DNA of 64,000 nucleotides. Origin: Octopus bimaculoides (lineage: Eukaryota). The notes beneath the pieces are model-generated. The model was not told the DNA's origin. It ran no database searches and saw only the letters and a list, made by a program, of their open reading frames with translations. Of this stretch, positions 11,474 through 23,660 are shown piece after piece (position 1 is the first letter of the stretch; every line of letters starts with the position of its first letter). Both the position numbers and the translations under genes were made by a program. Location of the stretch: the NCBI RefSeq assembly GCF_001194135.2, contig NC_068983.1, positions 136,181,911 through 136,245,910 on the forward strand, read 5' to 3'.

Positions 11474-12060
11474 TTTCTTTATTAACCACAAGGGTTTACA
11501 TCAAGAGAAACATTATGGACAGCACAGGACAAAACAAAGAATGTGTGTGTGTATGTGTGTTATTGTGAGGGTTTTGTGTCAACAATGTGTGATCCTCAAT
11601 AGGGATGAGACATTTGAGGGCAGCTCATGGAAAAACCCCATAAAAAAAACCATGGGTACCCTGACTTATGGGGCAGGTGCCTTTTTTCTTTTCCTTTTTT
11701 ATCCAACTACAGGCATATGCACAGGGCAGGCATGGTCACTCGCAACATTCTCACCACTTTCATCCACCTTTCAGCAATAACACTTCCCTCTCTACCCTTA
11801 TTTTCCTTTTCAAGTGAAACTTGAAGAAGTTGGTCAGGAATTGGCTAAAGAGAAAAAGTGTTTGTCTTCAGTTCCTTCAATCTCATCCACCATACAACCT
11901 CTTTTGCCATGGCCACCAGGCAGAAAAAACACAGCTTTTCTTTCCCAGTTAAAGAAAGGTGGTGGGTGTCTTATTCTCCATACAATCTCTTGCTATAGCC
12001 ACCAAAGAGGAAAACAACCAACTCTGCAGTATAAGAAGAAGGGAGCAAAATGACCCTCAC
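11474..12060 (-). mobile_element. L1/Tx1-clade LINE 3' end
   Basis: Minus translation AMAKEVVWMRLKELKTNTF / NFFKFHLKRKIRVEREVL / AERWMKVVRM resembles a Tx1 ORF2 C-terminus. The fragment ends AATAAAGAAA followed by a microsatellite tail. Confidence 0.55.
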
Positions 12061-12099
12061 AATAGATTCAGCTAATAGTCAAGAACTATCATTTTTGAC

Positions 12100-12410
12100 A
12101 CATAGAGCTCTGGGTTTAAGAGCTATCAGATGTTGCAGTGTGCAAAAGAGAAGACTGTGGTATGGACATGTGTTACATATGAAGGATGATTGTTGGATAA
12201 AAAAAGGGGCCAAGTAATCAAATGGAAAAATCCTGTGGGATAGAGAGACCAAAATGTCATAGAAAGAAGTAAATAAATGATCTCTGGACGTTAAAACTCA
12301 TGAAGAAAATGATGGAAGACTGCAACAAAGGTTGATAAATTGTGCTGCAGATCCACTCAACCTGCACAGGCATAGAAAATGGATGTATAATGATGAAGAT
12401 ATGTCAAAGG
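12100..12410 (+). mobile_element. RTE LINE C-terminal coding remnant running into the family C tail
   Basis: LGLRAIRCC..KRRLWYGHVLHMKDDCWIKK (cf. RLRWYGHVxRM), followed by gcatagaaaatggatgtataatgatgaagat. Confidence 0.7.
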
Positions 12411-13556
12411 TTACTTGTGTACAACATATAAGTGAAAGTTGAGTGAATTATAATATATATAATAAATTTCTGTGTCTGTTTTGCTGTTTGTAATAAAATA
12501 TAACTTTGTCAACAGACTAAGTGAAAAGTGATGAGTTACTTTTTTAACCTTTTAATGTAGACACATTATTTCAACTATAGATATAGCTTTTCTTTTAGTT
12601 TATAATTCATCTAAGTATTTTAAGTTCCTGAGATATAAATCCTGCTAAGTTTGCTAAATTTTGACACATTTTTAATGTTACACTTATTTTAATGTTTTAA
12701 TAAAATGTGTTTATTAGTTTTCTCTCGTGTCTTCCAATTCAAGTGCATTCAAATCTAGTGTGATATAGTGTTTGTTTTAATATATTTGTATATCAAAGCC
12801 ACAAATATCACTCTAATTGTTCATTCCACTTTTTGATTACCATGGTGACAAAACATTATACATTACAACATCACAAAAACAAGAAAACAAAGAAACAAAT
12901 AAGAAAAGTTAAATGAGATCTACACAAAAAACAAAAAGCTAAGAATAGGAAAAAAACATAACAACAGCAAGGCAAGTTTTATTACAAAAATAAAAAGCTA
13001 TTAAAATATAATTATAAATATGGAGTAAATAGGAGAAAGTTGGAAAAAATTTTTCACCAAAAAATTTTTTACAAAATCAATGAAAATAAAAAGAAAAAAT
13101 ATTGTTGGTAGTTTAGAGGATGGCTCAAATTGAACCAGATCAGAGCTATGTGAGAAACCAATATTGCTTTATTTATTAGGAGTTACCAGGTAACAAAGAA
13201 TTAGAAAGAAGCAGATTTGTGATGTATCAAATAGAATGAGATTTATGTGGATGAGAACTAACAATGGCTGATACAAACATACACAACAAAAGAGAGAAAA
13301 CATTAAGAAAAGTAATATATATAAATTGCTTTTCTCATTGTTCTTATTGTTTTATTAGCTGATCAATATAACAATGAGAATTGAGATTTTTAACTGATTT
13401 ATCATTACTTAGGCAATGTATTCTTTCTATGTATCTCATCTATATATTTCATCTTCAATATATTCTGTTTCAACTCAAATCTATTTTAATTACTCTGTTT
13501 TCATCTGTCAATCAAACTTGTTGCTCCAGAAGTTTCCATTTTAATATATCTGACCA

Positions 13557-13783
13557 TTAACCTTTGATGTCAACCCTCACCCAAAACTACCCCTGGTTCT
13601 GTGATACAAACATCCTGTTTTAAAGTGATCTAAATTAAAACCTTCTACCAAAATTTCATGTTAATTTTTCAAAATCCTAGCTTAATAACGACAAAATTAT
13701 TCTACTAAATTTTTCATCATTTTCAAAATTAATTGAAACAAAGTCAGTCTATTTCAACAGAAATATGGTAGCAAGAGGGTTAA
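13557..13783. mobile_element. TTAA-flanked MITE, piggyBac-like
   Basis: TTAA|CCTTTG at the left end and AAGAGGG|TTAA at the right end; about 220 bp with no ORF. Confidence 0.45.
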
Positions 13784-14064
13784 TATCATCTAGATAATGA
13801 TTTGACTTATTGATGGTTTTTAATAACTTTGTAGAATTTTCATAAAGGGTGTATTTTTTCGTTTTTCAGTGTTATATCATTCTTTTGATGTTTTAAATTT
13901 TGACTTGTATAAATATGTTGCTAATCATTGATTTAAACATATTCTGACCTCCAACAAGATTCGCATTAGAATGGGTTACATATATTGAAAGGTCAATATC
14001 TTGAATAAAAGCAAGTGTGTGCATGTGTGTGTGTATGTCTATCTAGCTATGTTTGTCTGTATAT

Positions 14065-14240
14065 ATAGCTGTGTGATTAATAAGTTTGCTTTGCAATCAT
14101 GTGGCTTCAGGTACAGTCCCACCTTTGCAAAGTGTCTTTTACTATAATCCAGCCAACCAATGCCTTGCAAGTGAAATTTGATAGATGGAAACTGTATGGA
14201 ACACCCACTGTATGTATAAATGTATGTACACACACACACA
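14065..14240 (+). mobile_element. Family A SINE 5' half
   Basis: agctgtgtgattaataagtttgc...gcaaagtgtctt...gatagatggaaactg. Confidence 0.7.
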
Positions 14241-14289
14241 CAAATCATCTCTTTATCATAATTATTTTACATTCACTTTCTGTGCTGGC

Positions 14290-14680
14290 ATAGGTTGGAA
14301 GGCTGCATCTTGTTTGAGAGTCTCATCTTCGGCTTAGTTTCTATGCTCCACTGGATCTGCAATGTCAGTGTGCATATACAACAGAGTGTAAGTGTTTTAA
14401 GAGAAAAATTGCATATAAGAGGCATCAGATGTACTGTGCAACAGAGAAGACTGCTGGTGTGGCTATGTGATGTGAATGGATAAGGTTAGCTGCATAAAGA
14501 AGTGCTGCCCTCTAATTGTAGAGGGAACCTGTCGAAGAAGTAGACTCAGGAAGATGTGGGAGGAGGTGGTGAGAAATGGTCTTGAGTCTCACAGAGGAGA
14601 TGACAAGGGACTGACGCTTCTGGTGACTTGCTGCGCTTCATAAGAAACATCAAGCTAAGTGAAATTCTGACCATCCATAT
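14290..14680 (+). mobile_element. RTE LINE C-terminal remnant
   Basis: SMLHWICNVSVHIQQSVSVLREKLHIRGIRCTVQQRRL matches the RTE ORF C-terminus. Confidence 0.8.
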
Positions 14681-15029
14681 ATATATATATATATATGCAT
14701 GACCTTTTTGATCATGACCCCAACCTCACACACACACACACATTATCTGACCTCTGTCAAAAATACCTCATCTTCCCAACACTTGCAGGACTCTCCCATC
14801 CGCTTCTCCTTGGTGTTTCCCACTGCAGGCACCTCCACTCTCATGTGCCTAGCCATAAACTCTCTAAGCCTTCACATATCTTCTCTACCCACATCCCAGC
14901 ATCTCCAATTTCCCTCACCATCACTTGATACAACTATGTCTTCTCCATCTCTAAACATATCCCCACACATGCCCATGGAATATCCTTCTTTATCCTCTCT
15001 GCACTACTTATACACTCCCTCCCACTATT

Positions 15030-15245
15030 CCCTGTAGGTAGACCCCAATACATTTCCAAAAAGCACCTATGCTGGTACCATGTAAAAAGCACCCAGTACA
15101 CACTGTAAAGGGTATCCAACTGTAGAAACCCTGCCAAAACAGATGACTGGATCCTGGTGCAGCTGTCTGGCTTGCCAGTTCCAGTGAAACTGTCCAACCC
15201 ATACCAGTGTGCAAAACGGATGTTAAATGATGATGGTGATGAGTC
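15030..15245 (+). mobile_element. Family C (RTE-tail) repeat
   Basis: ggtatccaactgtagaaaccctgcc...ccaacccatacc...gttaaatgatgatg. Confidence 0.75.
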
Positions 15246-15664
15246 AAATGCTATTCTTAACATCAACCATTTAACAGAATGTACTGGATGCAAAAGGGGC
15301 CACCTGGCCTTGTATCTGCTTGTTTAACAACCTTCTTATTGAGTGAGAAGTACAAAGATAAAGGCATGAATGAAGAATTGTGTGTGTGTGTGTGTGCATG
15401 CATGTCATGTATTTGAATGTTGACATTCTACAGGTTTACTTGTCATCTGAGCAAAACGGTGATATGTTTACATTACTTTCTGATATCATAGCTGCTTTGC
15501 TCCATGCTTTTAAAAAACTGTAGAATAAATAATCTCTTACTTGAAAAGCAGGTAAGAATTGGATACAGAAAGAACATTTTCCTATAAAATGCAATCTCAA
15601 ATAGTTCCTGTCTAACCCATGCTAGCATTCAGAAAGATGCTAAATGAACAAATTATACACACAT

Positions 15665-15890
15665 ATGTATTCTTGTACTTGTTTTAGTTATTTGACTGTG
15701 GCTATGCTGGAGCACCACCTTAAAGAGTTTTTTTAGTTGGAGAAATTGACCTCAGGACTTATTCTTTGTAAGCCTAGTACTTATTCTGTTGGTCTTCTTT
15801 GCTGAACCACTAAATTACAGGGACATAAACACACCAACATCAGTTGTCAGGCAATGATGAGGGTGAAAAAATACAGACACAAAGACACAC
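15665..15890 (-). mobile_element. Family A SINE 3' half
   Basis: acttgttttagttatttgactgtggctatgctggagcaccacc...ttctttgtaagcctagtacttattc. Confidence 0.8.
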
Positions 15891-15907
15891 ATAATTACAC
15901 ACATAAT

Positions 15908-15955
<48 letters not shown>

Positions 15956-15961
<6 letters not shown>

Positions 15962-16497
15962 GTTAGCAAGAAAGTAATTTCGTGTTTTGCAAATAGAATT
16001 ACAATTTTTTTAATGACTTTTGCCAATGTTATGATTTTTTCCTTTTGACATTTGATAGCCATTACTTTTAGTTTACTTTAGAGGCAAATTGTGTGTAATT
16101 TTGTTTACAGCTGTTAGTTCAGTGTCAATTTTAACATGGAGTGCAAAAATGAACATTTTCGCCATACTTTGCTTTTTTATTTCTGTAAAGGCAAGAAAGC
16201 TGCAGAGGCTCACAAAGAGTTATATGAAGTTTACGGTGTTGATAGCTTAACAGAATGCAAATGTCAGAAATAGTTTAAAAAATTCCGTTCTGGAGATTTT
16301 TTCACTCAAAGACGACCAATGTTCTGGTCGACCTACTGAAGTTGCTGATGACTGAATCAAAGCCATAATTGAATCTGATTGTCATATAACTGTGTGAGAG
16401 ATTGCAGAGAGGTTAAATGTATCACACACAACAATTGCAAATCATTTAAAATGTCTTGGACGCATTAAGAAGCTTGATATTTGGGTTCTACATAAAT
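15956..16497 (+). mobile_element. Mariner (mellifera-subfamily-like) left TIR and transposase N-terminus, pseudogenised
   Basis: TA then TTGGGTTAGCAAGAAAGTAATTTCG after (TA)n. ATG at 16136: MECKNEHFRHTLLFYFCKGKKAAEAHKELYEVYG...FRSGDF/SLKDDQCSGRP...EIAERLNVSHTTIANHLKCLG..KKLDIWVLH (cf. WVPHEL). Three stops and one frameshift. Confidence 0.92.
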
Positions 16498-16534
16498 GGC
16501 TATCTCTAGTTTGCAACAATAACATCAATAAAAT

Positions 16535-16569
<35 letters not shown>

Positions 16570-16689
16570 ATGGCTGTAGTGCCAGTTCAGTAGGATAAAT
16601 GGAAAGAGTGTGTGTGTGTGCATTTGCAACATCCAATACAGAAGATCCAAACAAGCATAACAATGAAATGTATATTGGGAACAAATGAT

Positions 16690-16827
16690 ATGAATTTTGG
16701 CTGTGTGATAAGAAGCTTCCTTGTTCTGGATTCCATTCTACTGCATAGCACCTTGGGCAACCAAAGCCTTGTGAGTGGATTTGATTGACAGAAACTGAGA
16801 GAAGCCTGTCATACATATATATATATA
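16690..16827 (+). mobile_element. Family A SINE 5' fragment
   Basis: ggctgtgtgataagaagctt...gcaccttgggcaa...aaagccttgtgagtggattt, followed by (TA)n. Confidence 0.75.
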
Positions 16828-16960
16828 TTGGGTTGGCAAGAGAGTAATTTCGGTTTTTTAGTGTGAAATAAAAGTCATTTTTTTCATACAAAGAATGAAC
16901 TTTAATCAATCATATATTTTCCATTTTGTCTGATTACATTTTGCCATCTTTCTGGCAACT
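16826..16960 (-). mobile_element. Mariner (mellifera-like) right TIR and transposase C-terminus
   Basis: TA then TTGGGTTGGCAAGAGAGTAATTTCGG. Minus translation LPERWQNVIRQNGKYMID* is a mariner C-terminus. Confidence 0.88.
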
Positions 16961-16997
16961 TTTTTTCTTCCTTCTTCCCTTCTTTTGGACTTTTTTC

Positions 16998-17032
16998 TAT
17001 TTCCGAAGAAGAGCTTTGCTCGAGACGTTAAA
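16998..17032 (+). ncRNA. Degenerate minimal hammerhead-like motif (Penelope-type end)
   Basis: AUUU, CCGAAGA, A, GAGC-UUU-GCUC, GAGA, C-GUU, AAAU. Two core substitutions relative to CUGANGA/GAAA. Confidence 0.45.
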
Positions 17033-17135
17033 TCCTCTTTTTTTCCTTTCCTGAGTGTCTGCTAATACATTATTTGTACCACGTCCTCACGTTGTTGTTT
17101 TTTCATGCTTGTTCTTCTTTGTTTGAATTCACTAC

Positions 17136-17169
<34 letters not shown>

Positions 17170-17241
17170 ATACATATATAATTAAGTTAAGCAGCTGTTA
17201 AGCAATGTATCACCAAAAAGGAAAACTATAATTGTCATTAA

Positions 17242-17420
17242 ATATGACAGAAAGTGTTAGAACACCTACAATGCTAGAAATAAGAGCTAAAGTACTCTGA
17301 AGCTGCAGTCAACGCATACAGTTGTATACATTGTATACAATTGCATGTGTTGACTGTAGCAGCAGAGCATTTAAACTCTTATTTCTAGCATTGTAGGTGT
17401 TCTAACACCCTCTGTCATAT
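17242..17420. repeat. Fold-back palindrome, 89-bp arms centred on 17331
   Basis: Gap-free pairing 17242 with 17420, including a perfect 33-bp stretch (17254-17286 with 17376-17408). Confidence 0.93.
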
Positions 17421-17969
17421 ATGTATATATTGTCCAACCCATGGCAGCATGAAAAAATCAATATTAAAGGATGATGATGATGATATGTATTTACTTATTT
17501 ACATGTACCTAAGAGTAAATTAATATGTTTGTGTGTGAGAAAGTTTGTGCATGCATATGCATTTCCATGTGTGTAGGTATGCACATGATTTCATGTTTAT
17601 ACTACCAGAAAATAAAAGATAAAGAAAAAAGTCACTAATGGGAACAGTGTTATTGATGTTTAGTAGAATAGACAACTGCTGTTCAAGACGGACTGAGCAG
17701 ACAAGCAGGATTAAAGTTAATTCCTGCACACACTTGAATGATTTGGCAGTATTATTACTTCCATTGTGCAATGTGTGTGTGTGTGTGTGTATGTGCATTG
17801 GGGTAGCAGGTGATTTAGGTTATAGACCTTCTCTACTTCATACAGTAAACTTTAAAAAAGTAGCTGTCTTGAAAATAAGTTTACAAGAAACACACACGCA
17901 TATTACAGTTTGTTTTATAATATCCACATATTTAATAATAATAATGATGATGATAATAAATGAGTGTTT

Positions 17970-18360
17970 CATATTTTAGCACAAGGAAAGCAATTTTCAA
18001 GGAGTGAGTAAGTTGATTACATTCACACCGGTGGATCAACTGTTACTTATTTTATCAGCCCCAAAAGGATGAAAGGCAAAGTCAACAGCAGAATAATAAC
18101 AATAACAACAGCGTCAACAGCTACAATAATAATGGTTTCTGATTTAGATATAAGGCCAGCAATTTCAAGTGGATGGGGTTAGTTGATACTATCAGCCTCA
18201 GTCTTAGACTGGTACTTATTTTATAAACCTTGAAAGGATGAAAGGCAAAGTTTATCTCAGTGGGATTTGAACTTAGAATGTGAAGAACTGGAAGAAATAC
18301 CACAAGGTATTTAGTCTGATGGGTTTATTGTATCCAATGTTTAGGCGCACTGTGATGATA
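17970..18360 (-). mobile_element. Two adjacent family B SINE copies
   Basis: The motif aaaggatgaaaggcaaagt occurs at about 18064 and 18233 (reverse complement of the family B core). Confidence 0.75.
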
Positions 18361-18959
18361 GCTAAAAGTACATGTATAGTGCATAGAAAACACAAGAGAG
18401 AGAAGAGCCATAAAGAGCAAAGGGAGAGGGACTTAATTTCTTTTTATACAATGTGGATAGATTTGCCTGTTACACTTTTGGATTAAAATCAATAATGTCA
18501 TCAAAACTGAATATTTACTTAGAAAGTAAAGGGTTCTTGTTATGATATCATCTGTAAATGAGTTAATGCTTCTATTACTAAATTTGCTAAGAATCTTACT
18601 ATTAAATGATAGTGATGATGCCGATGATGATGATGGTGGTGGTGGTGGTGGTGAAATAAGCTCTAAGTAATTTCTCAGGTTTTCCTTAGCTGAAATCTCC
18701 ATGTTTAAAAAACAGCAATGTTGACGTTGGTTAAAGGATTTGTAGTGATGATGATGATGAGAGAGAAGGGGTGTGTGTATGTATGCATGAATGTGTGTGT
18801 GTGTGTGGGGGGTACCTGTATTGGCAGTGAAATAGATGTTACAGCTAGATAATACAGATGTGACAGCAGTGTACTCCAACCAGTGTGTCACTTCGCAGTT
18901 GTTGAGGATCCACAGTTTGGTCAGTAATCTAGGTTCATCTGTACTAAGCTAGCCCATCG

Positions 18960-19140
18960 CATGTTAGCAAAAATTAGAAGTCAACTGAATTCCCCCCAGT
19001 GCTTTAGTATTTTATTTTACTGACTCTGGAATAATGTAAAAGGCCAAGTCGAGATTTGAACTTAGAATTTAGAGGGATAGAAAAAATACTACAAAACATT
19101 TTGTCCAATGCTCTGATGCTTCTACCAATCCACATTCCCT
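18960..19140 (-). mobile_element. Family B SINE, degenerate
   Basis: agatttgaacttagaa...tactacaaaacattttgtccaatg. Confidence 0.55.
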
Positions 19141-20139
19141 AATACTGATGACAGATTCAGACTCGAAAATGATGAGTCACTGAGCAGGGATAAGTTAAAG
19201 CATCTATCTATCTTAGCTATCTCTAGTTTGCAACAATAACATCAATAAAATATGATGATGATGATGATGATGATGATAGGGCTGTAGTACCAGCTCAGTA
19301 GGATATTATAATAGTGATTGATAATAATAAGGCCAGAAATATGATAGGGAGGGCAAACCCAAGACAGTTGGATGAAAGAGAGACAAGTGGCCATAGTATA
19401 CTAGAACAGAGAAAAAAATTAACAAACATATCAAATAAATCCTATGATGATGCATTGTTGATAAAAATACAAAATAGAGAAATTTTCCATCTTTGTTTTT
19501 ATCAGGCATCTTGCCATGCATTTAACACCTGTATACATAACTTCAAAGAGGACCAGTCTATTGAGGGAGACCTCTATATGGTTGATTGAACTGTTAAAAT
19601 AACAGCCAAATCTTAAAACTGCACCTGGTTGTCTTAAAAAAAGAAAGTAGTTATAGATCTATGAAAAAGATAAGATGGCTTCAATGTCTTTGATTATAAG
19701 TAAGCTTGATCAAGATTGACATGGGGATAGACAATAATGATTTCAAGTAGACTCAGTCAAGTTGATTTGATTTAGATATGAGTCACACATCATACATATA
19801 AATAGATGTGTGTATTTAGACATATTTATTGCAGAAAAATACACACACAATAAGCATGGCTGCAGTCAAATAACTGAAACAAGTAAAAGAATAAAAGAAT
19901 TAAAATACAGAAAATAGTTGACAACTTATTGAAGCTTGTTCTATCTTAAGCTTATCAGTTACAAGTATTTTCAATGCAGTCCAGAAACCAGTTGGAATGT
20001 ACTTATTTTAGTTAGCTCTTCATTTGTACTCTAATTAATTGGTTCAGACCTTTTGAAGTCCATAAAATAAATATCAGTTAAGCAGAGGTTGATTTAACTG
20101 ACCAGCCCCGCCACCAAAAAAGAAAAAAAAAATTTCTGG

Positions 20140-20430
20140 CTTTGTGCCTATAGAAGAAAGATTTCTTCTTCTTATTATTAGGCTGACAGAATCATTAGTA
20201 TTATTAGCTGGCAGAATCGTTAGTACACTGGGTGAAATGCTTAGAGATATTTTGTGTGTCTTCATGTTCTGAGTTCAAACACTGTTGGGGTTGACTTTGC
20301 CTTTCATCCCTTCGGGATCAGTAAATTAAGTACCAGATATGCACTGAGGTCGATGTAATTGACTGGTCTACTCCCCCCAAATTTCAGGCCTTCTGCCTAT
20401 AGTAGAATGGATTATTATTATTATTGTTGT
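20140..20430 (+). mobile_element. Family B SINE preceded by the tail of another copy
   Basis: gctggcagaatcgttag (A box), ttctgagttcaaac (B box), gactttgcctttcatcc, aaatttcaggcc, and an (ATT)n tail. Confidence 0.85.
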
Positions 20431-22559
20431 TGCACAGTTAGTAGAATACCAAAAACAAATAAAAAAAACTTGTAGTATATAACTGTCATTTTTATATTCC
20501 AAGTTCAAAATCCATCAGGGATGATGTCTTTGATTTCTCTAGGTCTAATAAAACAAATACCACTCAAGTACTAGGATAAATTAAATTGATTATACTTCTT
20601 ACCATAAAATATCATCGTGTTTCATGCAAATGAAATAAATTATTGAGCTGTAAGCTAAGCCAATAGACTGCTGATATATTGACTGAAGGGTTGACAGATC
20701 ATATTAACTCTTTGGCATTGAGCCAAGTCCTTAACAACACATAAACTGTAAAAGTCCAATCTACTTATACCTATTGGAAGCAAATTTTGCCATTGTAATG
20801 GAAATATAAGATAACAAGAGTTTTGTCAATTGTACCATCAGAGATCAAATATTCTCATGCAACTGGAAAACCATTACAACTTAAATGCACTTCAATGACT
20901 ATATAAAAATGAAGTCTTTCACTGGTGCCACAAAAAGACAATTGATTACAGGAAACCTCCATCATCTACCACAGGTGTATGAGAAATTTTATTTTCATTG
21001 ATTTGTCAAACTTTAATCTCTCTTTACTTGCTAACTGAAATTCTGACAAATCTTGATGAAATTTCAAATTACAATAATGCTATCAATGTAATGTAAGGGT
21101 ACTTAATATTGTTCTCTATCTGATTTCCACTTTAAGAGGAGACTGACACACTATCTTGAAATGATGGTGCCAATATCAATAATGAAAAATTTAGTTTCCA
21201 CAAAGATTCATATTAACTATCTGTTTATTCTATTTATCCATTAATAAAATAGAAAACAGTTCAGATCTCAATTTTATAGTAGGAGGTGGATGTAACAGGG
21301 TGAGTCAAAAAATCTTTTCTATCAAAGAGAAGCAAACAAAAATAATGATTGGTGAAAGAAAAGATGCGTTGTAATCCTGTACTACTTTTGTTTTGTTCTG
21401 ATATTTTTCAATGTTCTGTATTAGTATTTGACTCCAACCACATCTCTTTATGTGTATGTATCTATTTACCTGTCGCTTTATTGAGAGATAGATAAATAAA
21501 GAGTTTTATCCTCTAATGGCTTGCATTGATGGCAGAACCATTAAATATTCATCAAACCATAGACCAGTTTATTACACTTTTATTACAACACTAGAATATT
21601 TTAATATAATTCAATATTGTTTTTCTTTTTCTTCCATGCTTTAAATGATGTGGTTGAGATGACATCTTGAGCAGCATAGCTAATTTCATTATTTCAATAC
21701 TTTGATTAAATAGGTTAGATCCTGATAGAACATGGATAAAAAAAAAAAAAAAGAAATTTATAATGGTGATTTTTGTTGTTGTTGGTTATCTTCAGTGAAC
21801 TCTGAGCAGTTAACAATCGTGTTTCTACATAGTTACTCAACTTAATGTAGTAACCAAATACACTCTCAGACATCTCGATCTTTAAAATGAAAACCACCTG
21901 AATAGTTTATGATGATGATAATGATGATGGCAGTAATGGAGATGACTATTAAAATTATTTAATTTCAATTTCATATACTTTAGAACAGACTCAATTTAAA
22001 GGTTTGGCCTTTCTCTTCATTCTCTTAATTTAAAGGCTTGGCCTTTCTCAACATGTTTAATATAATTTATTTAATAATAAAGAAAAACTTTCTCATCAGA
22101 GGACTCTAAGTGCTTTGGGTGCATTTTAAACAAATTTCACAACTTAAAATTCACTTTTTTCTTATTAATTTTTTTCTGGAGGAAGAGGCTGTACCAGTAT
22201 CCTTCATAGACCTCACATCACCAATTGAACCTTTAGCAATGAAACTATCCTCATATGGTTATTATTTAAACAATGTCATTTGTACAAAATGGCTATTCCA
22301 GTCCTTGTTTAGATACTACATTCAGTGGCAGAAACCCACCCCAACTAAATTACACAAGAAATCACACTTTTCTTATTTTCTTTATTTTTATAGGAATTCA
22401 TCAACATATTTATCAGTAATAGTACAAAAACTAAAAGTTAAGAATAGTTTAAGTTTATATGTTAACAATTAATAATAATTTGTATCAGTAAAGAAAAAAA
22501 GTTCATGTAGTGTTTTAGAGTTTATAGTACTACAGAAAGAATGGCAATGTATTTAGAAT

Positions 22560-22830
22560 ATATTTAGTGAGAATCTCAATACGGGTCAAGGAAGGGAATA
22601 TACAAACACCAAAAACAGTATTAAAATTAAAGTAACTGTGGGTGAGTTGAAGAGATATAAGGTAATTATGATTGACTTAATAGAAGAGACAAAAGGTCTT
22701 TGAATTAAGAGACCTTCTATACAGCCAAAATACAGAATGGCCTCAGGGAACATAAGATTTACTGATCAAGCTGATGGCCTAGTTTTAATACTTGGAACCA
22801 AATGAACTACATTATATAAAGCACTGGGGC
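22560..22830 (+). mobile_element. Possible CR1/L2 LINE C-terminal remnant
   Basis: Only weak motif echoes: IDLIE (cf. DLIxxYK) and TWNQM (cf. WNxLP). Confidence 0.25.
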
Positions 22831-23230
22831 ATTATACAACAGCTTTTGTTAGGTGCTAGATTAGTGGGGCTGTACAGAATTGAACAGTCTCATTGTTGCA
22901 AAGTTCACTTTCTTTAATACATTGTACCATAACCAAAACTATGTTCTCATAGTTCTTTGAGTCACTGTTATTTATGCAAAACAACTGGTGTGGAATAACA
23001 GGATACTTTCTTCTACACATAAATAATGTGTATTTGTTGTTTACTAGTAGCCCTAGTCATTTCTATTCAAACTAATTCATTCTTATGGCATGGGTGTAGC
23101 TAACAAAAAGCTTAGAAGCAACTCCTGTGTCTGGAATCTTTTATTAGTAGATATGTCTAAAATCTCAGTTTGGACAGAACTTCAGTGTTCTCATTCTAAA
23201 GAGAGTACAGAGTTTGTCTTCAACATTATC

Positions 23231-23393
23231 GGTGCAGCAGAGGCTGTGTGGTAAGTAGCTTGCTTATGAACCACATGGTTCCGGGTTCAGTCCCACTGCG
23301 TGGCCCCTTGGGCAAGTGTCTTCAACTACAGCCTCGGACTGACCAAAGCCTTGTGAGTGGATTTAGTAGATGGAAACTGAAAGAAGCCTGTCG

Positions 23394-23432
<39 letters not shown>

Positions 23433-23660
23433 ATGTATGTATGTGTGTATGTGTTTGTGTGTCTGTGTTTGTCCCCCCACCATTGCTTGACAACCGATGT
23501 TGGTGTGTTCATGTACCTGTAACTTAGCGGTTCGGCAAAAGAGACTGATACAATGAGTACTAGGCTTACAAAGAATAAGTACTGGGGTTGATTTGTTTGA
23601 CTAAAGGCAGTGCTCCAGCATGGCTGCAGTCAAATGACTGAAACAAATAAAAGAAAAGAA
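23231..23660 (+). mobile_element. Near-full-length family A CORE-type SINE
   Basis: tRNA-like head ggctgtgtggtaagtagcttgc...ggttccgggttcagtccc, core ccttgggcaagtgtcttc, internal (TA)/(TG)n, and tail gactgaaacaaataaaaga. Confidence 0.92.

Noticed and set aside
18433-18891. 152-aa minus ORF with poly-His, poly-Pro and poly-Ser
   Set aside because: Its length comes largely from (CAT)n, (CCA)n and (CA)n tracts.
19144-19180. CTGATGA...CGAAA as another hammerhead
   Set aside because: There is no proper stem II or stem I pairing; the local GACTC/GAGTC hairpin overlaps the would-be core.
21295-21312. ACAGGGTGAGTCAAAA as a Tc1/mariner TIR
   Set aside because: I found no partner TIR or transposase sequence.
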